Part shown: positions 24,050 through 35,826 of the stretch, in pieces | Position numbering within the stretch: position 1 is the stretch's first letter | Layout of the letters: every line of letters starts with the position of its first letter | Source of the DNA: Scyliorhinus canicula | Lineage: Eukaryota | Direction of reading: 5' to 3' | Assembly (NCBI RefSeq): GCF_902713615.1 | Contig: NC_052158.1 | Coordinates: forward strand, 86,498,822-86,562,821 | Length of the DNA: 64,000 bases | Notes under the pieces: model-generated | What the model was told of the DNA's origin: nothing | Seen by the model: the letters and a program-made list of their open reading frames with translations, nothing else | Database searches by the model: none | Translations under genes and position numbers: made by a program

Positions 24050-24740
24050 ATGGACAATTTATCTCAACGAAATGGACTCCAGGGGAATCGGGTGATGACA
24101 TTCTCTGTTGATACTCTCCTAATCAAGGATTATGTCTGAACATGCCTGCGTAAATTCATCAAAATGTAAATGTTGCCGTGGAGGGCCATCCATTGAGGAG
24201 AACTAAAATGTAACCAAATCACTTGGGGAAATTACAGGCACTATTGCCTGGATATTTACAGAAACTCAAATAGAATAGTCACCCCAGAATTAGAACCTGC
24301 AAACTTGAAATCTGACAAAATGGGGTGCAAAGGAACTATTTTACCACAAGCAGGTATGAATGACCACCATTCTCTCTCCACTTTGCGAAAATGGCTTACT
24401 TCGTCAAATCGTTTGTGTGGACAATAGAATACATCGATACAGTTGTCACATGGTAAACTGGCTTGGGATAGCCAATATCTTATTAATCCACAGGGCAACC
24501 CAGTAGCTCAGTCTAGAACATGAGGACAAGAGGGAAGCCATCGCTCACCCAGCACAAAGGAGGAACCAGCTTCAAAAATCACCTTAGGCAGATAATTGGG
24601 GCTCATTTGTTTTACCTGAAAGATATAGTTCTTCATTACATGAGCTTGATCAGCTTCAATAGGAAAGCCAGAAGCTTGCTGCTGTTTGGGGTGAACCAGT
24701 GTGGATTCATCACAAAAAAGTTTCAACACTTCATTCTTGT
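24050..24740 (+). pseudogene. Putative highly decayed retroviral-type integrase
   Basis: Motif remnants in integrase order across frames: TPGE, VEGHPLRR, TIAWIFTE, PANLKSD, QPSSSV*NMRT/EAIA, NWGSFVLP, AVWGEPVWIHHKKV. Confidence 0.4.
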
Positions 24741-25036
24741 TCAGTGCATTAAGAGAGAATATTTCAGGCCTGCACTACTTCAAATATCATCTTGAGGACT
24801 GATTAGACCTTTTTAACTATAAGATAACCAATTTAGAAATCGTCTTTTTTTGTGCGAGAGAATTTGGTGTGAATGAGGAGCAGCTGTTGGTTGCATTTAC
24901 ATCTTGGATGTTGTGAAAAATGAATGTTTATCCTATCTTTGGTTGAAACTTACAAGACAGCCTGTTTTGTGCCTGCTCTTTAAAGTCACAGCATTCAATG
25001 GGTTAAAAAAACCCTAGTCATAAATGTATCTGGTTG

Positions 25037-25263
25037 TGGGCAGCAGTGTCGCAGTGGGTTGCACTGCTGCCTCATGACGCCGAGGTCCCACGTTCGATCC
25101 GGCTCTGGGTCACTGTCCATGTGGAGTTTGCACATTCTCCCCATGTTTGCATGGGTTTCACCCCCACAGCCTAAAGATGTGCAAGCTAAGTGGATTGGCC
25201 ACGCTAAATTGTTCCTTACTGGAAAAAATGAATTGGGTACTCTAAATTTATTTTAAAAATAAA
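25037..25263 (+). mobile_element. Family B V-SINE
   Basis: 16-bp TSD TAAATGTA(T/C)CTGGTTG at 25021-25036 and 25264-25279. Confidence 0.85.
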
Positions 25264-25349
25264 TAAATGTACCTGGTTGCAGTCAGCCGAGCGATGAGAA
25301 AAGGGGGAAATTATCCCATATACCTCCCCTGTCCATAACATGTGTCACC

Positions 25350-25630
25350 TGACCCTCCATCATTTCATCAGTGCAGCACTGGAGTGTTGGCCCAATTTTT
25401 TGCTCAACTCTCTGGATTGAGATTTGTACCAACAGACTTCTCATTCAAAGATTAGAAAAAAGATTGTCTGAGCATTATCATGTTGCTATTTGTGGAAGTT
25501 TGCAGTGGGCAAATTGGCTATTAAATTTCCTACTTTACAAAAGCAATTACCCAGCAGAAGTACTAAACTGAAGTGCTTTGAGATGTCTGGTGGTTGTGAA
25601 AGGCACTATATAAATGAAAATAGTTATTTG
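25350..25630. mobile_element. Ancient DeuSINE-like (SacSINE1/AmnSINE-type) fragments
   Basis: Tail-like CAAATTGGCT..TTTCCTAC..GCTTTGAGATGTC..GTGAAAGGCACTATATAAATG on plus, and an inverted 5' part CACTGGAGTGTTGGCC. Confidence 0.5.
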
Positions 25631-25788
25631 CTTTACGGGTGAAAGTTCTATCAACTGAGTCACAGCCAATATCTCTGTGGAATGACTAGCTTGTTTCAAA
25701 TTGAGGAAAAAATATTAAAGTGTTTGGTTTAACTGGAGTTTGGGCATGGAGAATAATATTGACTAATAATAAGTAGTGCAGAGCTGAT

Positions 25789-26022
25789 AAAAGCAAATTA
25801 CTGCGGATGCTGGAATCTGAAATGAAAGAGAAAAAGAAAAGGAAAAAGAAGAGAAAATGTTGGAAAATCTCAGCAGGTCTGGCATCATCTGTGGGGAGAG
25901 AAAAGAGCTAACATTTCGAATCTGATGGCTTTGACAAAGAGTCATTAGACTTGAAACGTTAGTTCTTTTCTCTCCCTACAGATGCTGCCAGACCTGCTGA
26001 GATTTTCCAGCAGTTTCTCTTC
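25789..26022. mobile_element. Palindromic mini-Penelope (two fused inverted pLTR ends)
   Basis: ~85-bp arm hairpin at 25849-26022. Perfect 14-bp TSD AGTGCAGAGCTGAT at 25775-25788 and 26023-26036. Confidence 0.8.
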
Positions 26023-26291
26023 AGTGCAGAGCTGATGTTGAGTCCTTGCAATATAACTGAACTGCTTTTATTACCTTAGAAGCCAATTCTATAGTTAATA
26101 TCTATGCACCTGTCCAACAATATTTAATGATTGAGGAACTAAGTGCAAAGTAAATAAATGACAGTTCATAGTTTTGTTCTCTGATTTCCTCATTAATAAT
26201 TTTGGCAAGAAGTGGCTAAATTATTCACTGAGTGGAGGATTGGGCCTCCAAATAATGGTTGGTTGTGTAAAAGATCAAGATAATTTTGACC

Positions 26292-26524
26292 ATGGGGCGG
26301 CATGTGGCACAGTGGTTAGCACTGGGACTGAGGTGCTGAGAACCAGGGTTCGAATCCCGGCACTGGGTCACTGTCCGTGTGGAGTTTGCACATTCTCCCC
26401 ATATCGGTGTGGGTTTCACCCCCACAACCCAAATATGTGCAGTTTAGATGGATACGCCATGCCAAATTGGCCCTTAATTGGAAAAAAATAATTGGGTACT
26501 CTAAATTTATTTTAAGAAAAAAAA
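26292..26524 (+). mobile_element. Family B V-SINE
   Basis: 15-bp TSD AAGATAATTTTGACC at 26277-26291 and 26525-26539. B-box GGTTCGAATCC. Confidence 0.88.
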
Positions 26525-26879
26525 AAGATAATTTTGACCGGTTAATGTTAAGATGGTTCAAGTGGGCTAAATTTAGGCATATAGTAGTCCCCTATAATCA
26601 GATTTGTGAATTAACATTGATACATTGTATTGTAAGGAGGGCAAAGAAGAAAAAGTAGAGCCAGACATTTCTAACGCTAGGTAAATTAAGAATCCCATCT
26701 GAACATAATGAGTGAACTTAATTCCTTCAAATAAACCAAGAGGAAAAAAACACTCCATATAAAAAAGTCATTAAAAATAATCAGATCACTACTTGTCTCT
26801 GTAAGGCGGTTGATCATGCACAGTTTGTTTACGACAAGTAAAATAGAAGAATACAGAAACTGATGCCATTGGCAACACT

Positions 26880-27577
26880 AAGAGAAGCACACCTCAGATA
26901 GCAGCTCTGCTTCGCTAAGGTTCATTATAAACCAACCTGCCTGGCAGGAGGTTAATGGGGTTTTAACTCCACATTCAATTGATTGGAGAATAAAATTGGG
27001 TGCAGCCTACAACAGGTGGCAGATCTATTTCACAGCTGAGTACTTGCAATCCACTAGAGCGTAATGGAAAATAAGATTAAATAATCCAGACAACTGTCTG
27101 CTTGTGGAAGTTGTCAATCATAGCCGTGTAAAATCAATTTCACATTGAAGTGAATGAAAGCCTTGCAGATCAAGGATCTGAGGGGTTTTAAAACCTGCTG
27201 ATGTGGTTTTCTCTTTCAGGTGCTTCTTCCTCTGCCTGAGCCAGCAGGTGTATGGCACAGGTGAGTTTTAAAGCAATGATTTTCTTTCACTGAGTCTGTC
27301 TGGGACATCTCTTCAGCTTCAAGGCAGGGGTCTCTGATGAAGGGATCCAGGCAGAGCTTTCTGATGGGGGTAGCGGGTCACCTTCATACTGTGGGGGAGA
27401 GGGGTGGTGACCAGAAAATCCAGTGGTGATGGTGCTGGTAGTGGGAGGAACACAGCCGCCGGAATTCATTATTGGGTCTTCAGCGAAGAAATTTGCATAG
27501 CAAGGGATAGGGAATCGCCTCTGGATTTGCGCTCCCAGCAGGAGAACATAGTCTCCCAAACAGAGAACCCAGACCAT
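26880..27577 (-). mobile_element. Partial copy of the Harbinger-type element at position 19
   Basis: TIR-like CAGAGAACCCAGACC at the right end. TTGAAGTGAATGAAAGCCTTGCAGATCA is the inverse of 659-685. Confidence 0.55.
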
Positions 27578-28599
27578 GATACCATGCCTAATTGCCTAAT
27601 TCCAGTTAAAGCTTCTGAACTATGATAGGAAATTAAGATATTAATGCTAAATGAAACAATGCTCAAACCACTCTCAGATCCTGACTAACTTGACATTTCA
27701 TTTTTATGTATCCAAAACCTTTGCTCGGAAATTCAACTGAAGTGCCTATTCGTGTGCTAGAACAAAAATGTGGTCGAAGAATCTGTTTACCCTACAATTG
27801 AGTTGAAGCAACATGTTATTGGGTAATGAAAATACATTTGGTTAGAATAATATCCAGTGGGAACTATCACAAGAGTAATCAATGGAAATATTTTTTGGTC
27901 GGCTTGTTAAAATAATACACAACCCAATGGGAATTGTTTACTAATAGTTTATTGAGATTTGGACCGAACAAAAATTTAATGGATAGCAGAGAAAGCAATC
28001 CAAGAACAAATAGATCTAGAAAACATATTCATCTTGATTTGGGTGTTGCTGGTAATTAACCTCTTGACCAAGCTTTTGGTCATCTGTCCTAATATCTCCT
28101 TAAGGTTGCTGGGTGATAAATGTTAAAGATGTTATATTTTTAATACCCATCCTTAGTTATCTTTGAAAAGGAGGTGATAGGTCTGAAATGGTTAACACAT
28201 TTCCATTATTCCATCAAGAAAACCACTAAGTTTTGTGGCCATGAAGGGAAATGTTCATTATCGTTCCCCTGAGCATTGCTTACTTTTACAGATTCTGCAG
28301 ATATTCTCAAAAGTAGAACTACATTTGCAACTTCATGTCTCTGTTCAAAACTCCCAGGTCAGTTACACCATGGGTTAGATCTAGGGCAGAACTCCAGCTA
28401 ACTCATTCCAATCCAATGGATTTTTGTGTTCACGAGCATTGTGAATTATTTGTTTTCACTTCAACAACCCTCACAATATTGAAAGGGCCAATTTTGTATG
28501 ATAGCAATTTGTGCCCTGGATTTGTCTCCAATTGAATCCAAGTGCACTGCCTGGTTAAACCTCATCACAAGACAGCAGAGCTTCTGATCTTTATAGTAA

Positions 28600-29339
28600 A
28601 GGGAAGGAATTTAGTGGTGATGATATGGGTCCCACCCTTTAATTGGAAAACTGGTATGAAGCTCCGTTTCACAGGAGGTCCAACACGGTTTTGAGGTAGT
28701 CAGATACTTACCTCAATTAAGGTCCCAGAGTGGAAACCCAACTCCTGAGTGTTACTGGCCAATCAGAGGCCAGCACTCTGCAGTACCAGCAATACCACTG
28801 GCAGTAGTGGACACTGCCGAAAATGCAATGCGACCTATCCAGAGGGTTAGCGAAGGATCCTCTGAAGGCAAGTAGGTGGGATGCGGTGCCCAGGGAAGGA
28901 GGCACTGGCTTGTGCGGGGGTGGGGGTCAAACAAATCAGGCACAAAACATCTTTGAATGAGGAATGCTCCCAGATGTTGTTGGAGCAGCACTCAACTAAG
29001 CAAATGGAGAGTATTCCATCATGCTCCTGGCATGTTAATGTGCTTTTGCGAATTCAATGAGGAGTTATTTGTCGCAGAATTCCTAAGCTGCAGGCAAACC
29101 CAACATGGTTCACCTGACGCTTGTCCCAGATGGCAAGTCCCTTACTCCCAGTGGCTGAACCAGACATGACAAAAAGAGGCTCTTAAAAATTGGCACCCAG
29201 GCAAGAAGGCCGACTGCAAGCCTTCCTTCCCTGGATTTAACTGGAAGGACACAAGAACGTGGCTGGATCTCCAGTGCACCCTCCCGTCTGATCACATCGA
29301 CTCCCCACTGAGGTGGCAGGTGGCATTAATTTCTGAGCA
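28600..29339. mobile_element. Old GC-rich MITE-like repeat with an internal LINE fragment
   Basis: GGGAAGGAATTTA and TAATTTCTGAGC resemble decayed Harbinger-type TIRs. A LINE-like piece at ~28950-29090 is related to 32560-32710. Confidence 0.35.
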
Positions 29340-30079
29340 GGGCATCAGTCCTCCCAGTTTCATTTTAATATTTAAAGAATTATGATCAATAAAATGTGGT
29401 AACCAGTCTACAGTGCACATGTACAAACAGCACAGTTTTTATGCAAATCATTTATTCAATAGATGCCAATTCATCACCATTTATGAACAGTCATGCAAAT
29501 TTGGTGCCATAACAAGTGGGTCACCATAGATAAATTTGCTTCAAACAACAGACGAAAGGAGGACTTTAAACTGACAGCTCAGTAACTATCTAACATGCGG
29601 TAGATGTTTAATAAAAAGGCAAAATCTCAGTCTAAATAGATGACGGATTTATTTGTTGGTTGAGGAGCAGTTGGAAAAAATGGCTGACAAGTCTATAAAC
29701 AATTTACACATCAGATCTTGACAAGTACAGTATTGTGTCCCTCCCAAGGCAATGGCACTGCATCTTTATTTTACGGAAATTGTCCCCACACCAACATATG
29801 CAACCATTAATCATTTATGTGTCACATATGCAAGCTATTCCATTTTTCTTTTAGAGCTGATGGAACACATCTCTAGTTTTCAATTGAGAGTAATATATTA
29901 CTCTTCCAAACTGGTGACACTAATGAACAACTGACACAGCTTGGGGTACATTATGCTTGAAGTTACTTAGCAGGCCTCTACTCAAACTATGCAATACACA
30001 AACTTTAGTACACTATAACATAGCTATTTTGCCATTTTAATTGTAGGTATTAAATAGAAAATAAACCTGTATTTGTTTT

Positions 30080-30297
30080 TTAATTTAGAGAACCCAATTC
30101 ATTTTTTTTCCCAATTAAGGGGCAATTTAGCGTGGTCAATCCACCTACCCTAAACATCTTTGGGTTGAGGGGTAAAAGTCCCACAAATGCATGGAGAATG
30201 TGCAAACGCCACATGGACAGTGACCCAGAGCCGGGATCGAACCTGGGACCTCAGTGCTGTGAGGTAGCGTGCTGAACGCTGTGCCACCATGCTGCCC
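30080..30297 (-). mobile_element. Family B V-SINE
   Basis: Typical tail and head in reverse, flanked by a GAAAATAAAC(C/A)TGTAT duplication. Confidence 0.82.
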
Positions 30298-31536
30298 GGA
30301 AAATAAACATGTATACACAGTAGAAAGGGGTAAATGAATCCACATTAGACAGCAATAGTAAAAGCAGTGGTGAGTATGGGGAAAAAGAGAAAAGCCTCAA
30401 TGGCACGACCGACTCTAGCCAATCCACCACTTCTCGCCATGAAGTTAGTGCGAGCAAGCACTGCAGGTCAGGGGTTTGTTGGGAAGTCTGAAAATCTCCC
30501 AACTTCTCATTCCTAACTTCAAGATAAAAGTTATTAGATATTTTTAAATCCAGCTGGCAGTTGCTTGGCTGGCAATCATATTTATAATGGTGACCAATTT
30601 ATGAATGTTTTATTAAATTCCCACTTGGTCAGAAACAAAGCTTTAAAAAAGTTATTCAAAATGAGCTCTATTCATTTTTTGCTGAAAAAGAGAATTAAAA
30701 TGACTTATGGTTTTAACAGTTATCCTTCATAGATAGCCCACAGTTTGTCAATTTAGCCATGGTGATCCAAACAAAGAGAATACATTGTTTTCCAAGGGAA
30801 GGAAGAAAGTGCAAATGGAGAAGGCTAATCGTCTAGCCACGGTTTGCACAACCTGACCATGCAGCTCAGTGCTACATAGGCAGAGCTAAGCTGGTGCAAG
30901 TCCCATGGAAGCCGAGAAAACATAAGGTAAACCGGTGGTCACACTTAGAAAAACCCTTTAAGGGAGCTCAAAATATTACATGACTGCTAAACTATTCTCA
31001 ATTTTATATTTTGGTAACTAAGTGCTCATTTGTAGAAATTCAATAAAAGGATCACAATTGTAGGAGGCCAAAGTCAATTAACACATTAATCGGAGACTTG
31101 AATCATACAATTTTAGCATAGAATTTAAGTCAAATTCCTGATATCCTTACAGGCAGGCCTCTCACTGATATATTCTGAGTCATAGAGGAGTCATCAAATT
31201 TACTGTTTGAACTACACATTAAAAAAAGATCTTACGAGAAAGCAATGGTACAATGACAGGAATTTACAGACGACTCATGACTCTGACAACATCCAGGCAG
31301 ATTATATTTTACTGACGCAAAATCAACATCCCAAGAGGATTCTGTACTACTGGGCTGGAATTCCATTCCACCTCCCAAATAATTTTTACAATAATATTAG
31401 CAGGTTTTATGGGAATGCTGTGTGATACAAGTAGAACCTTCAATTTAAAAGCTGCAACGTTACTCAGATATTCTCTGCCTTTCCCAAAGAATTGGAGCAA
31501 TCTAAAAGGAAAATAACGTAACAAGAAGGTAGGGTA

Positions 31537-31740
31537 GGGCGGCATGTTGCGCAGTGGATAGCACTGGGACTGCGATGCTGAGGACCCGGGTTCGAATCTC
31601 GGCCCTGGTCACTGTCCATGTGGAGTTTGCGCATTCTCCCCATGTCTGCGTGGGTTTCACCCTCCCAACCCAAAGATATGCAGGTTAGGTGGATTGGCCA
31701 CGCTAAATTGCCCCTTAAATTGGAAAAAAAAATAATTGGG
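31537..31740 (+). mobile_element. Family B V-SINE
   Basis: GGGCGGCATGTTGCGCAGTGG head, GGTTCGAATC B-box, CCCCTTAAATTGG A-rich tail. Confidence 0.82.
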
Positions 31741-32256
31741 AAGAATGATAAATAGCTTAGTTTGGGCGACAGAGTCTGATCCAGGCCTTAGCAGACATCT
31801 ACAGATACACTTTGCAACGGCAATCACGATCCCCTGCAAGAGAACAAAACCTTTGTTGATATTCCCTTCAAGCTCGGGTGCGGTAATTCCAACTGCAGAA
31901 TTTTTGTGACATCTAACCCGATATCGGTCATCTCAGGAGAGATTAGAGATTCAACCAATGATCTTCTGACCTAAACAGTTCAGCAACATAATTCCTTTAA
32001 CAAATCGGATCATTGGAACAGTTAAGTCAGTGGCTGCTGCGAGTGGGTTTACTGATTGATGGGACCTCCTCAAACTGCAACTAAATACTATAGTTTATTT
32101 CTTCCAGCCAGGTTGAAAGTGTAAAGTAGCTCTGAAAAATACTTTTCGACAAACAAAATCAACAGATTGATAAAACGATAGGGTGGGGAAAACGCTTATA
32201 ACGATTAAAAACGGTAGCATTCGTGGGGTTGTAAGCTGCTGCCTAAAATTATTTCA

Positions 32257-32452
32257 AGGGGCTGGTTTAGCACAGGGCTAAATCACTGACTTTGAAAGCA
32301 GACCAAGGCAGGCCAGCAGTACAATTCAATTCCCGTACCAGCCTCCCCAAACAGGCTCCGGAATGTGGCTACTATGGGCTTTTCACAGTAACTTCAATTT
32401 GAAGCCTACTTGTGACAATAAGCGATTTTCATTTCATTTTCATTTCATTTTC
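32257..32452 (+). mobile_element. SINE family C, (CATTT)n tail
   Basis: GGGGCTGGTTTAGCACAGGGCTAAATC head and GTGACAATAAGCGATTTTCATTTC tail, flanked by a TTTCAAGG duplication. Confidence 0.85.
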
Positions 32453-32459
32453 AAGGAGC

Positions 32460-33005
32460 CTTGCTGATTACCTGCAGTATATCTTGTAGATGGTACACAT
32501 AACAGCCACTGTTGGTTTGTGGTTGAAGGATTGAATGTTTGTAAAAAGGGTACCAATCAAGTGGGCTGTTTTGTCCTGGATGGTGTCGAGCTTCTCGAGT
32601 GTTGTTGCAGTTGCACCCATCTATTACATTCCTGATTTGTGTCTTGTGGATGTTGGGACAGGCTCTGGAGTGTCAGGAAGGGAGTTACTCACCACAGGAT
32701 TCCTAGCATCTGACCTGCTCTTGTAGCCACCGTATTTGATTGGCTAATACAGTTCAATCTCTGGTCAAAGGTAACTCCCAGGATGTTGACAGTGGAGGAG
32801 GAGGAGGAGTCAATGATGGCAATGCCATTGAATTTCAAGGGCGATGGCTAGATTCTCTCTTGCCAGAGATGGTCATTGCCTGGCACTGCGTGGCACGAAT
32901 GTTCTTCATCATCACAAGCCTAGATATTGCCCAGATCTTGCTGCATTTGGGCATGGACTGCATCAGTATCTGAGGTGTTGCAAAAGGTGCCGAACATTGT
33001 GCAGT
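32460..33005 (-). mobile_element. Old CR1/L2-group LINE RT fragment
   Basis: Reverse-strand remnants such as MQQDLGNI, ..RATQCQAMTISGKRES.H and QLIG. Confidence 0.55.
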
Positions 33006-33521
33006 ATGTTATACGAACTTGACATGTGCCACCTCTGATGATTTCTCTTTGTGGCTATTAGAATATAATAGACACTAGATTGTTTAAGGAGCTGGATCTG
33101 TTTACTTTAAAGAAGCATAGGGTCAAGGGCTACTTGATTGAGCCTTATACATTAACACGTTCAAACTGCATGGGTTACAGAGAAACAAGGGACAGGCTTA
33201 TAATTTGTGTAAGGGCAGAACTGGGTGGAAAGTAGGTGATGAAGGTTCTACCAGAAAATGGGAGATGTGTGGAATAGGGTTACGAGCCACTTAGATAATG
33301 CTTATTTGCTGTAATCCTTTCCTAAAAAAGTTGGATTTATTTATGGCTGGGGCAATTATCACATTATACAAGAGGTATACACACTGCAATAGAAGTCAGG
33401 GTCAATGCAGTACCTGAACTCATTGCAATCACTTAATGGGGTTGAAGACAGTTTTTCCAGACTCACTACCACTCTGCCCCATGCCTGCAATATGACTATC
33501 AAGATGACCCAGCTGGTAAGG

Positions 33522-33593
33522 AGCAGCGTGGCGCAGCGGACACGTGCTGGGCCCATAACCCAGAGGTCAATGGATCAAAACCATCCTCTGCTA
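33522..33593 (+). tRNA. Initiator tRNA-Met (CAT), degenerate; probable pseudogene
   Basis: AGCAGCGTGGCGCAGCGGACACGTGCTGGGCCCATAACCCAGAGGTCAATGGATCAAAACCATCCTCTGCTA matches the vertebrate iMet sequence with 5 substitutions, including an acceptor-stem mismatch and two CpG decays, one in the T-loop/B-box. Confidence 0.85.
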
Positions 33594-33602
33594 TTTACAT
33601 TT

Positions 33603-33912
33603 GGGGCGGCTCGGAGCACAGTGGTTAGCACTGTTGCTTCACAGTGCCAGGGTCCCAGGTTCGATTCCCGGCTTGGGTCACATTGTTTCCAGAGTTTTCA
33701 CGTTCTTCCCGTGTCTGCATGGGTTGCCTCCAGGTGCTCCAGTTTCCTTCTACAAGTCCCAAAAGACGTGACTGTTAGGTGAATTGGACATGCAAATTCA
33801 CCCTCAGTGTACCTAAACAGGTGCCGGAGTGTGACGACTAGGGGTTTTTCACAGTAACTTAATTGCAGTGTTAATGTAAGCCTACTTGTGTCGCTCATAA
33901 AGATTATTATTA
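33603..33912 (+). mobile_element. Chimeric SINE: HE1-like head and V-domain with a family C-type tail, (ATT)n end
   Basis: Head and V-domain as at 6972, then AACAGGTGCCGGAGTGTGACGACTAGGGG..CACAGTAACT..AAGCCTACTTGTG..(ATT)n. Confidence 0.8.
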
Positions 33913-35489
33913 TGGGACCTCTTCCTGCCTGAGCTTAATTATTCAACAAGTGTTCATAACAATGATTATTAGCTGTTTTGGTAGAAGGACCTATCTCCCA
34001 GGAATGTTAGTTAATTATTCAGCAGCATTTTCAGAAAGTTATGGCAGGACAGGTGAATTTTACTTGCCTGAAATGGCCGATGCACCACATACCAAACCAA
34101 TGACACTTATTGTCCACATAAAAGCATATTTTAATAAATCAGATTCTGCAGAGGATGAGCATATTGTTAAACTATTTTTCTAGTCAAGTCTGGAGACTAA
34201 TTTAGTCTTTAATTAATCCATGATGAATATTTTTAAATTTGGCTATTAGTCTCTCCCTTGTTGGTGGGATATTACTGGTGTTTGATAACTTTGTTCTTTC
34301 ACGAAAGAGCTGATTTTCACATGGCAAAATGCTAACAGTAAGAACAGAGTGGCAATACAACAATTTGTTACATTCTATCCAGAACACCAGCAAATTTATT
34401 TTACTTCACCTCTCCACCCAATTCTGACATCAAATCAAAAGGATTATAACAAGGAGTTAGTACCCCTTTAGAAGGCTTCTTCTAGCAACATTGCACATTC
34501 TGTACATCGTCAGGCAAATCAATTCCAAAGAGTACCTCATTCTACATTATTGATCTGGTTATGAAATACAATATCCATAATCCCATTAATTGACCTCCAA
34601 CTGAAGTTAGCAAATATCAAAACCCAGTAATTCAATTGTACTGTCACTTCTGATGCAGGTTTAAAAAGACATTCAAAGGGGTACATGCTTGACAACAGCT
34701 GTTAATAAGCTGAATGCGAGCAGATCCATCATACATTATTTAGGATTACGATGGGTTTTGTGGGCCTAATGCCTCTGTTGGCTCCAATGCACATTATCTT
34801 GACAACCATGTAAATCCTTCTGCATTCAGATTATTGTAGACATACGTTTCTGAAAAGCTTCAGCAGTCTCCCCCACACCCCACCCCTCCCCGCACGCGTG
34901 CACACACACGCCAACCAGAGACTGGAGCCCAATGAATATCTGGTGGAGTCAGTTACACCAGCAAATGAGTATAGCTAAAGCTGATCATAAATAGCCACCT
35001 CTTTAACTGCATACATAACACAAGCCAAAAGAGATGGGCAGTATGAAGTTCAGAAGAACCCAATGACAGGGTTTGAGCACAAAACAGAGGTGTTCCAAAC
35101 TTATAGATTGTGACCAACCAAAAAGTAATTTCAGAGGCGATAGTACAAATTAGACTTATTTCTGACGGATGAATAAGTAGCAATAAATTGGAATTAAAAT
35201 CTGAAAAGACAGGGAATGCTCATCTTCCATCATTGCAATCCTCATTGATTTACACTGACTTTCCATCTGAATTCATCAATTTTAAAATTGTTCATCTGCA
35301 AACCCCACCCTATCTCTGTGACCGTCTTCAACATTACACGTATCCATTGTTTTTCAGAATTAGCCTCTACTCAGTCAGCTCACAAACAGCCTCACCAAAT
35401 TCTATGTTCTACTACATCCCTGAAAAGTTGATTTGTTTTTGAATTGGGTCTCTATTTGGGAATTGGGAATTCATTTTTTGATCAGCTAT

Positions 35490-35826
35490 GGGTGGCACCG
35501 TAGCACATTGGTTAGCACTGTTGCCTCGCAGCGTCAAGGACCTGGGTTCGATTCCGGCCTTGGGTGACTGTGTGGAGTTTGCACATTCTCCCAGTGTCTG
35601 CTTGCTTTCCTCTGGGAGCTCCGGTTTCCTCTCTTAGTCTAAAGACTTGCAGGTTAGGTGGGTTGGCCATGATAAATTGCCCCTTAGTGTCCAAAAATGG
35701 TCAGGATAAGGGATTTCGGGAACAGGTCAGAGGAGTGGGTCTAGGTAAGATGCTCTTTCAGAAGGTTGGTGCAGAGTCAATGGGCCAAATGGCCTCCTTC
35801 CACACTGTAGGGATTTGATAATTCTA
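35490..35826 (+). mobile_element. HE1-like V-SINE
   Basis: Head, V-domain and CR1-like tail. Confidence 0.82.

Noticed and set aside
27220-27260. Apparent 41-nt exon (TTTCTCTTTCAG..CAG|GTGAGT) with a signal-peptide-like frame
   Set aside because: It lies inside a repeat whose inverted homologue is at ~540-690, so it is not evidence of a host gene.
31745-31850. Minus-strand splice acceptor and possible exon (similar case at 42130-42262)
   Set aside because: No matching donor or recognisable peptide; such acceptors occur by chance.
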